NCBI GenBank assembly: GCA_037201605.1
Contig: JBBCGM010000002.1
Location: 272,697-336,696 of the forward strand
DNA: 64,000 nt
Source of the DNA: Candidatus Moraniibacteriota bacterium
Lineage (GTDB): Bacteria > Patescibacteriota > Minisyncoccia > Moranbacterales > UBA1568
Direction: 5' to 3'
Below the pieces are notes generated by a model. It was not told the origin of the DNA. It did not search any database and was given only the letters and a program-made list of their open reading frames with translations. The position numbers and the translations under genes were made by a program. Below are positions 1-11,207 of this stretch, piece by piece (positions within the stretch are counted from its first letter, which is position 1; each line of letters begins with the position of its first letter).

Positions 1-2532
1 ACCAGAATCATCAGGCTACTGACCGCGGTATTGAAATGAAAGTCGCTAATATCTTCCGTCACCTTTTTGATAGTTTTCTGCAAGAGTACTTGTAAGGCAG
101 TATTTTCATCTCCACCCTCTCGGACGCGTTCGGAAAGTTTCCATACTTTTTCGACGAAACGACGGGTTCCTACGATGCTTTCCGTATTCCAAGGCTTTGA
201 ATCTTCAATGGGGCCCAGGAACATCTCGTACAGCCGCAACGCATCAGCGCCGAATTCAGCTACCATTTCGTCGGGGTTGACCACATTGCCGAAAGATTTG
301 GACATTTTGCGGCCATCCAAAGCAACAATCATGCCTGATGGCGAAGTTTACGAAAAGGTTCATCGAATTCGAGCAGACCCGCTCTTCTCAGTACCTTTGT
401 TATGAAGCGGCTGTAGAGCAGATGGAGTACCGTATGTTCAGCGCCGCCCATGTAGAAATCGACGGGGAGTAAGCTCTTGAGCGCTTCCTGGGAGGCAAAG
501 ACTCGTTCATTGTGCGGATCAGCAAAACGCAGATAATACCAGCTAGAACAAACGAAGGTGTCAAGCGTGTCCACTTCGCGCCGGGCCGGACCACCGCACT
601 CGGGGCAGTGAGCATTCTGGAACGTCTTTGAGAGACCGAGTGGTGATTCTCCCGTGGGGCGAAAATCCACATCCGTGGGAAGGAGCACGGGCAGATCTTC
701 TTCGGGCACAGGCTGCATACCGCACTCATCACAGTAAAGAATGGGGATTGGGGCTCCCCAATACCGCTGACGTGAGACCAGCCAATCGCGCAAGCGGTAC
801 CGCACTGCGTTACCGCCATGGCCCTCACTTTCAAGAAACGCCGCGATCTTTTCACGAGCGTCCGCTGAAGAGAGACCGCTATATTCTTCGGAATCCACCA
901 AAATGCCGTCACCTGTCACGGCATGCTCTGTTTGGTCTAAGAAGAGATCGACTGCCCAGCGAGCCTCAGCCACTGTAAAGTAGTCCCCCCGCTTCAGACT
1001 TTTTGACCCAGACAACTTCGTGCTGGGCTTCGTCTTCGGCGCGTATGGCCTCGCGCTCATCATCAACCAACTCAAAAATGGCAAAAATGCCAGATAGCAT
1101 GCCGGTTCACCCGCTTCCCCCCGATGGTAGAACTTGGTGTGTTTGATACTTTCTGGAAGGCTGACCAGGTTCAAATTCTTATACCCTGTTTCCTCGAGCA
1201 CTTCTTTGCGCGCTGCTTCCTCGACGCTTTCACCCTCTTCAATACCGCCCGTCACAACGCCGCGCATATCAAAGTTTTTCCAAGAAATCGCCAGAAATGC
1301 GTCCTGCTTCGGATCATAAACGGCCACCGCTACATTCTGACGGTCTTCAGTTTCTTCTTCCGGCCGAACAGCATCTTCGCGCTCCCCTTCCGTTATGACG
1401 CATTCTTCAATGACCGTTTTGACAGACAGATCGTATTTTTTGGCAAACGCAAAGTCGCGTTCATCGTGCGCTGGCACACCCATAACTGCGCCGGTGCCAT
1501 AGCTGCCTAAGACGTAATCGGCCACGTAAATGGGAAGTTTTGCTCCTGTTATGGGATGGACCGCTTCAAGACCCTCGATACATACTCCGGTCTTTTCCTT
1601 GGCAAGATCGGTCCGCTCCAAGTCGCTTTTCTTGCCAGCGGTTTCCAAGTAGGCTTGGACCTCTTTTTTATTCTTAATAGACGCCTTCTGATGTTCAATC
1701 AGCGGATGTTCCGGAGAAACAACCACATAGGTGCAACCGAAAAGAGTGTCGAGGCGCGTCGTGAAAACCCGGATTTCTTCTTCTGTCCCGGCTATATAAA
1801 AAGCGGCTTCCGCACCCTCGGAACGGCCGATCCAATTCTTTTGCGCCGCTACTGTAGAAGCGGGCCAGTCAACAGTTGCGAGACCGGACAACAAACCCTT
1901 AACCCCTTCCCCTTTTTCTGTCTGTGTATCTTCAACGAAATCGGTTATTCTGAAGAACCATTGGTTCAGCTGTTTCTGTATCACTTCGGTCCCACACCGC
2001 TCACAGTGGCCATTTACGACCTGCTCATTCGCAAGGACTGTCTGATCCTTCGGACACCAGTTGACTGCTGCAAGCTTTTTGTATGCAAGGCCCTGTTTGT
2101 AGAGGAAGAGAAAAAGCCATTGGGTAAAGCGGTAATAGCCGGGGTCGGAAGTATTAATTTCGCGGTCCCAATCGTAGGAGAGGCCCACGGATTTAATCTG
2201 GCGCCGGAAATTTTCTATAGATTCCCGCGTCTTCTGCTGAGGAGGGATGCCCGTCTTGATGGCGAAATTCTCAGCGGGCAGGCCGAAAGCGTCCCCACCC
2301 CATCGGGTGCAATACCGAATAGTCTTGGAAGCGCTTGAAAACGGGCATAGATATCCGTAGCAGTGAAGTTTTCTACATGGCCAACATGCAAACCATCGCC
2401 GGAAGGATATGGGAACATATCCAGGATGTAATATTTATCCTTTTGAGCTGGTCGGTGCAGCGGATTTTTCTCCCAAAATTGCTGCCATTTGGCCTCAATT
2501 TCGCTCGGATTGTACGGTTTCTGAGGGTCCAT
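1..2532 (-). CDS. leuS: Leucyl-tRNA synthetase, frameshifted in this assembly, C-terminus runs off the window start; carries an inserted Nudix-like domain
   Basis: ORF 2215..2532 starts [20 protein letters not shown] and has [12 protein letters not shown] (HIGH-type motif). ORF 329..2188 has editing-domain-like sequence and [16 protein letters not shown]. An unlisted minus frame at 1..343 reads [19 protein letters not shown] (KMSKS). The pieces join only after 1-nt corrections near 335, 1000-1132 and 2330. Confidence 0.9.
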
Positions 2533-2576
2533 AAGTGTCTTGATCTCCTTTACTGTAGCCTAAAAAAGGCTCTTGT

Positions 2577-3025
2577 TCAATAAAAAAACGCCCCTCTGGG
2601 CGGAAACAAAAAAATACCTCTGCTCTCCCCTATTTTTACCCCCTTTTCTCCGCTCATGGCTTCCAGCGTCACATCGATCACTTTCTGCGGATCAACGAGG
2701 GCTTTGACCAGATAGTATTCCGCGCGCCCCCAAATCCGACACCGTCTTGAACATTTCGTCGGAGTCCACATTGCTCAGAACCACGACTGGGATTTTTGAA
2801 AGCTTGGGATCGTCTTTCATGGTTTCCAAGGACTTCCAGTCCGTCCACGATAGGCATCTGCAAATCCAGCAAGATAGCATCGGGCAGTTCGGCCCGCATA
2901 GCGTGGAGCGCTTTTTCGCCGTCTTCAGCCGTCCGAGTTCCAAAACCTTCACGTTCAAACTTCACGCGGTAGATTTCGCGAATATCCGGATTATCGTCAA
3001 CGATGAGAACGGTTTTCTGAGCCAT
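2577..3025 (-). CDS. CheY-like response regulator receiver protein (frameshifted)
   Basis: ORF 2678..3025 starts MAQKTVLIVDDNPDIREIY..DAILLDLQMPIVDG (receiver-domain Asp pocket). The continuation KIPVVVLSNVDSDEMF and YLVKALVDPQKVI lies in two other minus frames (ORFs 2692..2958 and 2577..2771). Confidence 0.75.
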
Positions 3026-3081
3026 GGCCTATAAAAGCAGGGCCTCCTAGTTCCCAGGATACCTTTTTTCGGGAGCGCACG

Positions 3082-3519
3082 CTAGCGGGAAGAGATATTG
3101 GGCAGATTGCGGGTACGGTGCTTGGTAGCGACCTTGATGCGAGCCATCTCCTTTTCTAAGAGCCGCGCCGTACGCGCCACGGCCTCGGCATCCTCAGTAT
3201 TCACTTGGCTTTTGAGCATCTCGGCACGGTCACGGGCCGCCTGAGCGCGCTCCAGATGGATACTTTCGGCGTGTTCGGCCGTATCGGCAAGCATAGTCAG
3301 TACGCCTCCGTGGAACTCGACAAAACCGCCCGAGGTCGCAAGCGAGCGCTCTTCTTCGCCCTCATGGCCAATCACGATTTCTCCCGGTTTGACAGCGCCG
3401 ATGTAGGGAATGTGATTGGGAAGTACCGTTACTTCGCCGCCCTCGATAGGCAGCGTCACCCACAAGACGGCCTCTTCGAGGACGACTTTTTCGGGAGTAA
3501 CGATCTTAAGCGTGAACAT
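3082..3519 (-). CDS. atpC: ATP synthase F1 epsilon subunit
   Basis: ORF 3082..3561. The internal start MFTLKIVTPEKVVLEE.. is typical of an epsilon N-terminus. It directly follows atpD. Start choice (3519 or 3561) is uncertain. Confidence 0.85.
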   Translation of the reverse strand: MFTLKIVTPEKVVLEEAVLWVTLPIEGGEVTVLPNHIPYIGAVKPGEIVIGHEGEEERSLATSGGFVEFHGGVLTMLADTAEHAESIHLERAQAARDRAEMLKSQVNTEDAEAVARTARLLEKEMARIKVATKHRTRNLPNISSR

Positions 3520-3532
3520 GGGAGGGAAGTTT

Positions 3533-4937
<1,405 letters not shown>

Positions 4938-4978
4938 ATACTGGTCTTTAATGGCTTATCTAAAGCTTGATTGGACTA

Positions 4979-5007
4979 TTGACTTATTGGTAATTTTTTG
5001 CTATAAT
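4979..5007 (+). promoter_or_regulatory. Near-consensus sigma70-type promoter, plus strand, inside the atpG-atpD gap
   Basis: TTGACT (4979-4984), a 17-nt spacer, then TATAAT (5002-5007), read directly from the sequence. Confidence 0.4.
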
Positions 5008-5067
5008 AAAGCGTTGTTCTTTAAAGTGCGCGTTCCTCTTTCAACTTCTGATTTGGGAGATCACATC

Positions 5068-5253
5068 ATGAGTCAAATGCGAGGAAAGGGACATCGAGCA
5101 GTACAACAGATCGGCAGTTCCAGCTTCACCAAAAAGTCGGGTACTCATTCCCCAAGACTTTCGTCCGGCGAATGCAGGTTCTCCTGGGGTACCCTCATAC
5201 TCGGCATATTTATCGGAGCATTCCTGATGGGTATGCTCGATATTATCATTTGA
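5068..5253 (+). CDS. Hypothetical 61-aa peptide with a basic N-terminus and hydrophobic C-terminal helix, antisense to the atp operon
   Basis: ATG at 5068 is preceded by GGGAGA (5055-5060, 7-nt spacing). Product is MSQMRGKGHRAVQQIGSSSFTKKSGTHSPRLSSGECRFSWGTLILGIFIGAFLMGMLDIII. It sits between the promoter at 4979 and the terminator at 5273. No homology could be assessed. Confidence 0.3.
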   Translation: MSQMRGKGHRAVQQIGSSSFTKKSGTHSPRLSSGECRFSWGTLILGIFIGAFLMGMLDIII

Positions 5254-5272
5254 ACCTGATCTAAGAGATCCA

Positions 5273-5311
5273 AAGACCCTGTGCGCACTGCGTCCGGGGT
5301 CTTCTCTTTTT
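5273..5311 (+). terminator. Putative intrinsic terminator of the small plus-strand unit
   Basis: Stem AAGACCC (5273-5279) pairs with GGGTCTT (5297-5303) and is followed by CTCTTTTT. Confidence 0.4.
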
Positions 5312-5325
5312 CCAAACAACTCACG

Positions 5326-5350
5326 TTCTTCAAGCTTCCGGCTTGAAGAA
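5326..5350 (-). terminator. Perfect 10-bp hairpin just after the atpG stop (attenuator or processing site, weak U-tract)
   Basis: TTCTTCAAGC (5326-5335) and GCTTGAAGAA (5341-5350) flank a 5-nt loop. On the minus strand the hairpin is followed by cgtgagttgttt. Confidence 0.35.
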
Positions 5351-5367
5351 CGAATCGTGATTTGGAA

Positions 5368-6268
5368 TTAGCTGCCGACCGCCGCCATGCCGGCGGACAG
5401 CTCGGCGATTTCCTGGGTGATCTTCTGCTGGCGCAGCTGGTTATAGGTAAGCGTGTACGCACTCACCATATCATTGGCCGCATCGGTCGCATTGCGCATG
5501 GCAAGCATCCTCGCCGATTCTTCGGACGCTTTGGACTCAAGAAGCGCGTGCAGAAGCTCGATCTCGATAAGGCGCGGCAGCATGCTTTCGAGCACGGCGC
5601 GCGGAGAGGGCTCGAAGAGGTATTCGGCCGTTTGGGATACTTCGTCTTCACCAGACACTTCGGGAGCATACTCCTCAAGAGCTTGCTCCGCTTCCGCAAG
5701 CGTCACCGGCAGGATAGCGCGCGCCTTAGCGTTCTGCGCCATGATGGAAACAAAATCCGTGGAGACGAGCACGACGCGGTCCACGCGGCCACTAGTAAAT
5801 TCTTCGAGGATAACCCTGGTAATGGCGCGCATCTTCTCGGGATCAGGATCCGCTACGGCATCTGGAAAAGAAGCGACAATATTGCCCTGCAGGCGCCGGA
5901 TACCGTTTTCGCCTTTACGACCCAGGGTGATAAAAAGGGCCTCCTGGTCCTGGAGCATCTTCAAGCAGGGCGCGCACTCTCTTGAGTACCTGGCTGTTAA
6001 AGCCGCCGGCCAGGCCGCGATTGCTCGTCATAACGACATAGAGTACGGCCTTCACGGAACGAGAAGAGAGCAATGGATGAACGCCCCCGAGCGCCTGCGA
6101 CACCTGGCGCAATACCGCGAGCGTCGCGTGCGCATACGGCCGAATGGCTACGACGCCTTCAATAGCCTTACGCATCTTGACCGCCGAAATCATCTCCATG
6201 GCACGCGTAATCTTGCCGGTGCTTTTGGCACCGCGGATGCGCTTTACGATGTCCTGCTGAGAAGCCAT
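5368..6268 (-). CDS. atpG: ATP synthase F1 gamma subunit (one frameshift near 5955)
   Basis: ORF 5915..6268 (MASQQDIVKRIRGAKSTGKITRAMEMISAVKMRKA) plus ORF 5368..5964 (..LTYNQLRQQKITQEIAELSAG). Confidence 0.9.
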
Positions 6269-6277
6269 ACGAAGAAA

Positions 6278-7780
6278 TTAGGCGCTAAAGGTTTTGACGA
6301 AGTCCTCGAGAAACGCTTTCAGTTCGCCCTCCAAATCCTCGCTCAGGGCTTTTTCGGAAGTGATGCGTTCGGGCAGGGCTTTTTGCTCATTGCGCAGGAC
6401 GCTCAAAAGTTCGGATTCAAAGCGGTTGATATCGGTTACCGGGACAGTGTCGAGAAAGCCGCGGGTCACGGCGTAGAGCACGACCACTTCTTCAGCTACC
6501 GAGAGCGGAGCATACTGGGGCTGCTTGAGGATCTCGGTCGCCCGACGGCCACGTTCAATCAAGGTCTTGGTTTTTTCATCCAGATCGCTCCCCGAACTGA
6601 GCAAAAGCCTCGAGCTCCCGGAACTGGGCCAGGTCGAGGCGTAGCGTCCCTGCCACTTGCTTCATAGCTTTGATCTGAGCAGAAGAGCCAACACGCGACA
6701 CGGAGAGGACCGACGTTTAATGCCGGACGCACTCCTTTGTGGAACAGATCGGCTTCCAGGTAGATCTGGCCGTCCGTGATAGAAATGACGTTCGTGGGAA
6801 TATAGGCGGAAACGTCACCGGCCTGCGTTTCAATGATAGGAAGGGCCGTAAGTGATCCGCCACCGTACTCAGCGGAGAGCTTGGCACTCCGTTCCAAAAG
6901 GCGCGAATGCAAGTAGAAAACGTCGCCCGGATAGGCTTCGCGTCCCGGCGGACGGCGCAGAATAAGCGAGATCTGGCGATAGGCTACGGCATGTTTGGAC
7001 AAATCATCGTAGACCACCAAGACGTCCTTGCCCTGGTCCATGAAGTATTCGCCGAGCGCGGTCGCTGCATAGGGCGCGATAAAAGAAAGGGCGGCCGGAT
7101 CCGAAGCGCCGGCAAGTACCACGGTGGTGTATTCCATGGCTCCTGCTTTTTGCAGCTCGGCGACGGTGCGAGCTACCTTGGACTCCTTCTGACCGATAGC
7201 CACGTAGATGCAAATGACGTTTTCGCCCTTTTGATTGATGATCGTATCGATAGCAACAGCCGTCTTGCCGGTCTGGCGATCCCCCAATGATCAGTTCGCG
7301 CTGACCGCGGCCGACCGGAATGAGCGCGTCGATCGCTTTGATGCCGGTCTGGAGCGGCTGATTAACCGACTGGCGGGTAATGACGCCCGGCGCAATTTTC
7401 TCTACGGGGTAATATTTTTCGGCTTTGATACCTTCTTTGCCATCGAGCGGAATACCGAGCGGCGAGAGTACTCGGCCGATAGCCTCTTCCCCTACCGGTA
7501 CCGAAAGCAGGCGGCCCGTGCTTTTGGCACTCATGCCTTCGCGCACACCCTGCAGATCCTGGAGAATCATCACTCCCACCTCCCCTTCCTCCAAGTTGAG
7601 CGCTACGCCCAAAGAGCCGTTTTCGAACTCAATCATCTCGGATGCCATAATCTCAGAAAGGCCCGAGAGGCGGGCGACGCCGTCGCTCACTTCCAACACG
7701 GTACCGACCGCAGTCTTGGTCGGGACGGATTCGAAATGAGCGATCTGCTTTTTGAGTTCCTGAATGAGGGGATTTTCCAT
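6278..7780 (-). CDS. atpA: ATP synthase F1 alpha subunit (frameshifted, about 3 sites)
   Basis: ORFs 7004..7780, 6559..7287 (GDRQTGKT Walker A; ..[15 protein letters not shown]) and 6278..6604 (C-terminal helical domain). Breaks lie near 7290, 6715 and 6600. Confidence 0.9.
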
Positions 7781-7803
7781 ACGTTTTTTGTCAGGTTTGG
7801 GGA

Positions 7804-8199
7804 TTAAGCGGTAAGCGTGCGCGCCAGCGCCTCTTTGGCGGTACGGAGACTCGCATCGAAGCGCTCGCTTCCTGCCTCGATGATGTAGCCGCCGAGAAGG
7901 CGGGAGTCGGTCACAAAAGAGATTTCGAGTTTCTTGGCATCAGGATAGAGATCCTTAGCCTTGGCACGCAACGCTTTTTCAGCGTCCTCGGAAAGCGCAC
8001 GGGCGGCGGTGATGACGACTGGAAGATTCCCTGCTTTCACCTGCTCGAGGGCTTCCAGGCTCCTGACGATACTGGGGAGCTTGGCGCGCTCTCCCCGGCG
8101 GTTCAGAAAACGAACAAAGCGAGCTGCTACCGTTCGGACATCCTCTTCGGAAGCGAGGGCCTCTAAGGCTTGAGCGTACTGGGAAGCCGTTACTTTCAT
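7804..8199 (-). CDS. atpH: ATP synthase F1 delta (OSCP) subunit, short form
   Basis: 131-aa ORF ending ..[30 protein letters not shown], a typical delta C-terminus. It lies between atpF and atpA. Confidence 0.8.
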   Translation of the reverse strand: MKVTASQYAQALEALASEEDVRTVAARFVRFLNRRGERAKLPSIVRSLEALEQVKAGNLPVVITAARALSEDAEKALRAKAKDLYPDAKKLEISFVTDSRLLGGYIIEAGSERFDASLRTAKEALARTLTA

Positions 8200-8684
8200 A
8201 CGTTGGCGTGCTTCTTGATAAGCGCTTCGTCCAGACGGGTATCCGCGCCTTCTCCCAGAATCTTGTCGAGAGAAGCAGAGACGAGGCCCGCCACTTCCTT
8301 TCTGGCTTCATTTATGAGGCGGGTCCGGTCATCACTCATACGACTTTCAGCCTCTTTGAGCAGCGCCGCTACCTTGGCTTCCGCTTCCATCTCACGCGAC
8401 TGGGCGCGCTTGCGGGCAGCCGCTTCGGCTTCCGCTACCAGCGCTTTGGCTTCTTCGCGCGCGGCTCGGAGCAGTGCCTGCTCTTTTTCGCTCGCTTCTG
8501 CCAATTTTTGCTTGGCTGCTTCGGCGTTTTCAAGGCCCTGTTCAATCTTCTTACGGCGCTCATCCATGAAATGGAGAAGCGGACCGTACGCGAAATGCTT
8601 GAGAACGAAGAACAGCACAGCGAAGTTGACCGCCTGTGCAAGGAGAAGTTTCCAATCTATGCCGAGTTTTGCAAGAATTTCCAT
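8196..8684 (-). CDS. atpF: ATP synthase Fo subunit b
   Basis: 162-aa ORF with an N-terminal TM segment (LLAQAVNFAVLFFVLKHFAY) followed by a long charged coiled coil. Operon position fits. Confidence 0.8.
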   Translation of the reverse strand: MEILAKLGIDWKLLLAQAVNFAVLFFVLKHFAYGPLLHFMDERRKKIEQGLENAEAAKQKLAEASEKEQALLRAAREEAKALVAEAEAAARKRAQSREMEAEAKVAALLKEAESRMSDDRTRLINEARKEVAGLVSASLDKILGEGADTRLDEALIKKHANV

Positions 8685-8720
8685 CTTTGAAGGAGGGTCA
8701 AGAATTGGGAAGCGTTTTGC

Positions 8721-8966
<246 letters not shown>

Positions 8967-9036
8967 TTAATTTCAATAAATGAATTTGACTATTGTACCG
9001 CTTTTTCGGAGAACTGTCCAATGAACCGATTCTGTT

Positions 9037-9790
9037 TTAATGCTCGGGCGCCAGGGTGGCGGTCTTCAAAAATACGAGCGTCAGCATGGAAAACACCAGG
9101 GCCTGGATAACGCCGACAAAGATTTCGAGGAAGAGAAACGGGAGTGGCAAGAAGTAGGGAACCAGGTGGAGCATCACGATAAGGAGCACTTCGCCAGCGA
9201 AAATGTTACCGAAGAGACGAAAGGTAAACGAAACGATCTTTCCGAATTCACTCACCAGTTCCAGAACGCCTACCAGCGTTCCGATGAGGTAGGGTTTGCG
9301 AAACGGATTGACAAAGAATTTGCTCGCGTACTGGCGCAGGCCGAGAGCTCCGATGCCGACAGCCTGAATAATGATGACCGTCATGAACGAGAGCGCAAGC
9401 GTAAAATTAAGGTCGGCCGACGTGCTGCGCAGGAAGGGAATGATAGTCGCGTGGCCATCTACCTCGTGCCACAAGCCGACAGTACCGAGGCCCGGCAGAA
9501 GCTCGATCCAATTAATGCAGAGCACGAAGAGGAAAATAGTCGCAATGAGCGGGAAAGAATTGGAGTGCCTGCTTACGGTTCCCGGTGACGCTCTCGATCA
9601 GATCCAGGAGGAATTCCAGGACGATTTCGAGGATATTCTGGAATCCGCGAGGCACTTCCTGAAAACGGCGGGTCGTCCGGATAGTCAAAAACGCGAGAAG
9701 ACAAGCGATCACGACGGCGATAAGGAACGCGTTGGTGACAGGAAAGGCGCCAATGGAGAAAAGTTTTTCTGCAGCGATGGAAATTTCCAT
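9037..9790 (-). CDS. atpB: ATP synthase Fo subunit a (one frameshift near 9530-9560)
   Basis: ORF 9512..9790 (N-terminal TM region) plus ORF 9037..9525 (..SFTFRLFGNIFAGEVLL.., the essential Arg helix). Confidence 0.85.
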
Positions 9791-9835
9791 ATTTTGGTGA
9801 GAAAAAAGGGCCTCTGCCCTTCATAAAACGCTTCT

Positions 9836-9864
9836 ATTGTATGCCGGAAAAGGCTTTACGTCAA
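9836..9864 (-). promoter_or_regulatory. Putative atp operon promoter
   Basis: On the minus strand: TTGACG (9859-9864), a 17-nt spacer, then TACAAT (9836-9841). Confidence 0.45.
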
Positions 9865-9900
9865 CAAAAAAGGTTCCGTGCAACGCTGTCGTACGGAACC
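9865..9900 (-). terminator. Intrinsic terminator after the MarR-like gene
   Basis: On the minus strand GGTTCCGT..ACGGAACC (9872-9900) is followed by TTTTTTG. Confidence 0.5.
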
Positions 9901-9915
9901 CTGAAACACCGAGGC

Positions 9916-10302
9916 CTACATGTCAAAATACGCCATCCAAAGAGTCAGAAACTTGTAGCAGTATGTCCGGCCTGTTTCGGTACTGGAAACAAACACGTTG
10001 CGCTTGTCATGGGAATCGCGGACGCGCTTCACGAGCCCCAATTGCTCAAGCGAGGAAAGCGCTCGGCTGATAATAGGCTTCTGAACGCCCATCTGCTTTG
10101 CAAGCTCATGCACACAGAGCCTTACCGGAACGCTGTACACGATGAAAAGGAGTGCCAGCTGCCGCTGTGTCAGATTCGGGATCGACTCAGACCTAATGAG
10201 AGATACTTGAAACATGCGGAAGTGCACGAGGGCCGAAACATAGTCCACTGTCCACTTTTCAGAAGCTGTATTACTTTCGGGTGCCTGCAATTGCGTAGCC
10301 AT
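9916..10302 (-). CDS. MarR-family winged-helix transcriptional regulator
   Basis: ORF 9916..10380. The likely start is MATQLQ at 10302, preceded by GGGAGGGG. It contains LTQRQLALLFIVY..VHELAKQMGVQKPIISRALSSLEQLGLVKRVRDSHDKR. Confidence 0.75.
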   Translation of the reverse strand: MATQLQAPESNTASEKWTVDYVSALVHFRMFQVSLIRSESIPNLTQRQLALLFIVYSVPVRLCVHELAKQMGVQKPIISRALSSLEQLGLVKRVRDSHDKRNVFVSSTETGRTYCYKFLTLWMAYFDM

Positions 10303-10383
10303 GATTACCCCTCCCTTCTTTGTGAAACACCAATGGAAAAGAACCCCCCTTGGTATAGCGGAAAATGCCTGGGAAAGCAAGTC

Positions 10384-11207
10384 TCAAGCAGAACGGGTGA
10401 ACACTTCTTGGAAATTTGCCTCCAAGCGCATGATCCAGAGCCTCTCTCGTAACGCCGAGCAGTTCGCAGACTTTTTCGGCCGTTTCGACAGCATAGGCCG
10501 GCTCGTTGCGCGTTCCGCGCTTTGACTGGGGCGCAAGAAAGGGGCAGTCCGTTTCGACGAACAAGCGTTCAAGCGGAATGAGCTTCACCGTTTCGGTAAG
10601 ATCGTCTTTCGTTCCGAAGAGTTCTTTTTTGACCGGATAGGTGATATTACCTGTAAAAGAAAACCAGACCTGAGGCAAATCCAGAAACGCTCGCGTGATT
10701 TCTGTGTCGCCCATGTAGCAGTGAAGAACAAAAGAAAGCTCGGGAAATTCTTTTCATCAGCGCAAGCATGTCGGCGTAGGCATCACGGCAATGGATGATG
10801 ACCGGCAGACCGAGCCTGCTTGCCAGCGCCAACTGCATACTGCATCCGGCCATCTGGCGCGCCTTGGTTTCAGGATCGATACCGCCGTGGCTCTGTGAAT
10901 AATCGAGACCGCACTCGCCGATAGCCACTACCTTTTGATCAGCGGCAAAGGCCTCGAGCTCAGCCGCTACTTTTCCCAAGTCAGCATCCGGAAGCGAGCC
11001 ATTCTGGCGGAATTCATTCGGATGAATGCCGACTGAGGCATATACATCGTCATGGATTTGAGCCAGTGCTACGGCTTGCGCACATTCTCCCAGATCGCAG
11101 CCAACCACGATCATCTGGTGCACGCCGGCGGCGCGGGCACGCATGATCACAGTATCCCGATCAGGATCAAAAGCCTCGAAATAGAGATGGGTGTGGATAT
11201 CAAGCAT
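10384..11207 (-). CDS. tatD: TatD-family metal-dependent DNase/hydrolase (2 frameshifts)
   Basis: ORF 10647..11207 (MLDIHTHLYF..AIGECGLDY..PVIIHCRDA), ORF 10271..10714 (FSFTGNITY..LFVETDCPFLAP) and the tail in ORF 10384..10572. Confidence 0.85.

Noticed and set aside
1556-2338. Long antisense ORFs opposite well-supported genes, for example 1556..2338(+), 5453..6667(+), 8170..8760(+), 30008..30766(+), 45434..46501(+), 24352..25257(+) and 27822..28682(+)
   Set aside because: These are shadow ORFs on the opposite strand of conserved genes (leuS, atpG/atpA, atpF, the GC-rich orphan, dus, ileS, argS). Their composition is low-complexity and Arg/Ser/Pro-rich, with no motifs.
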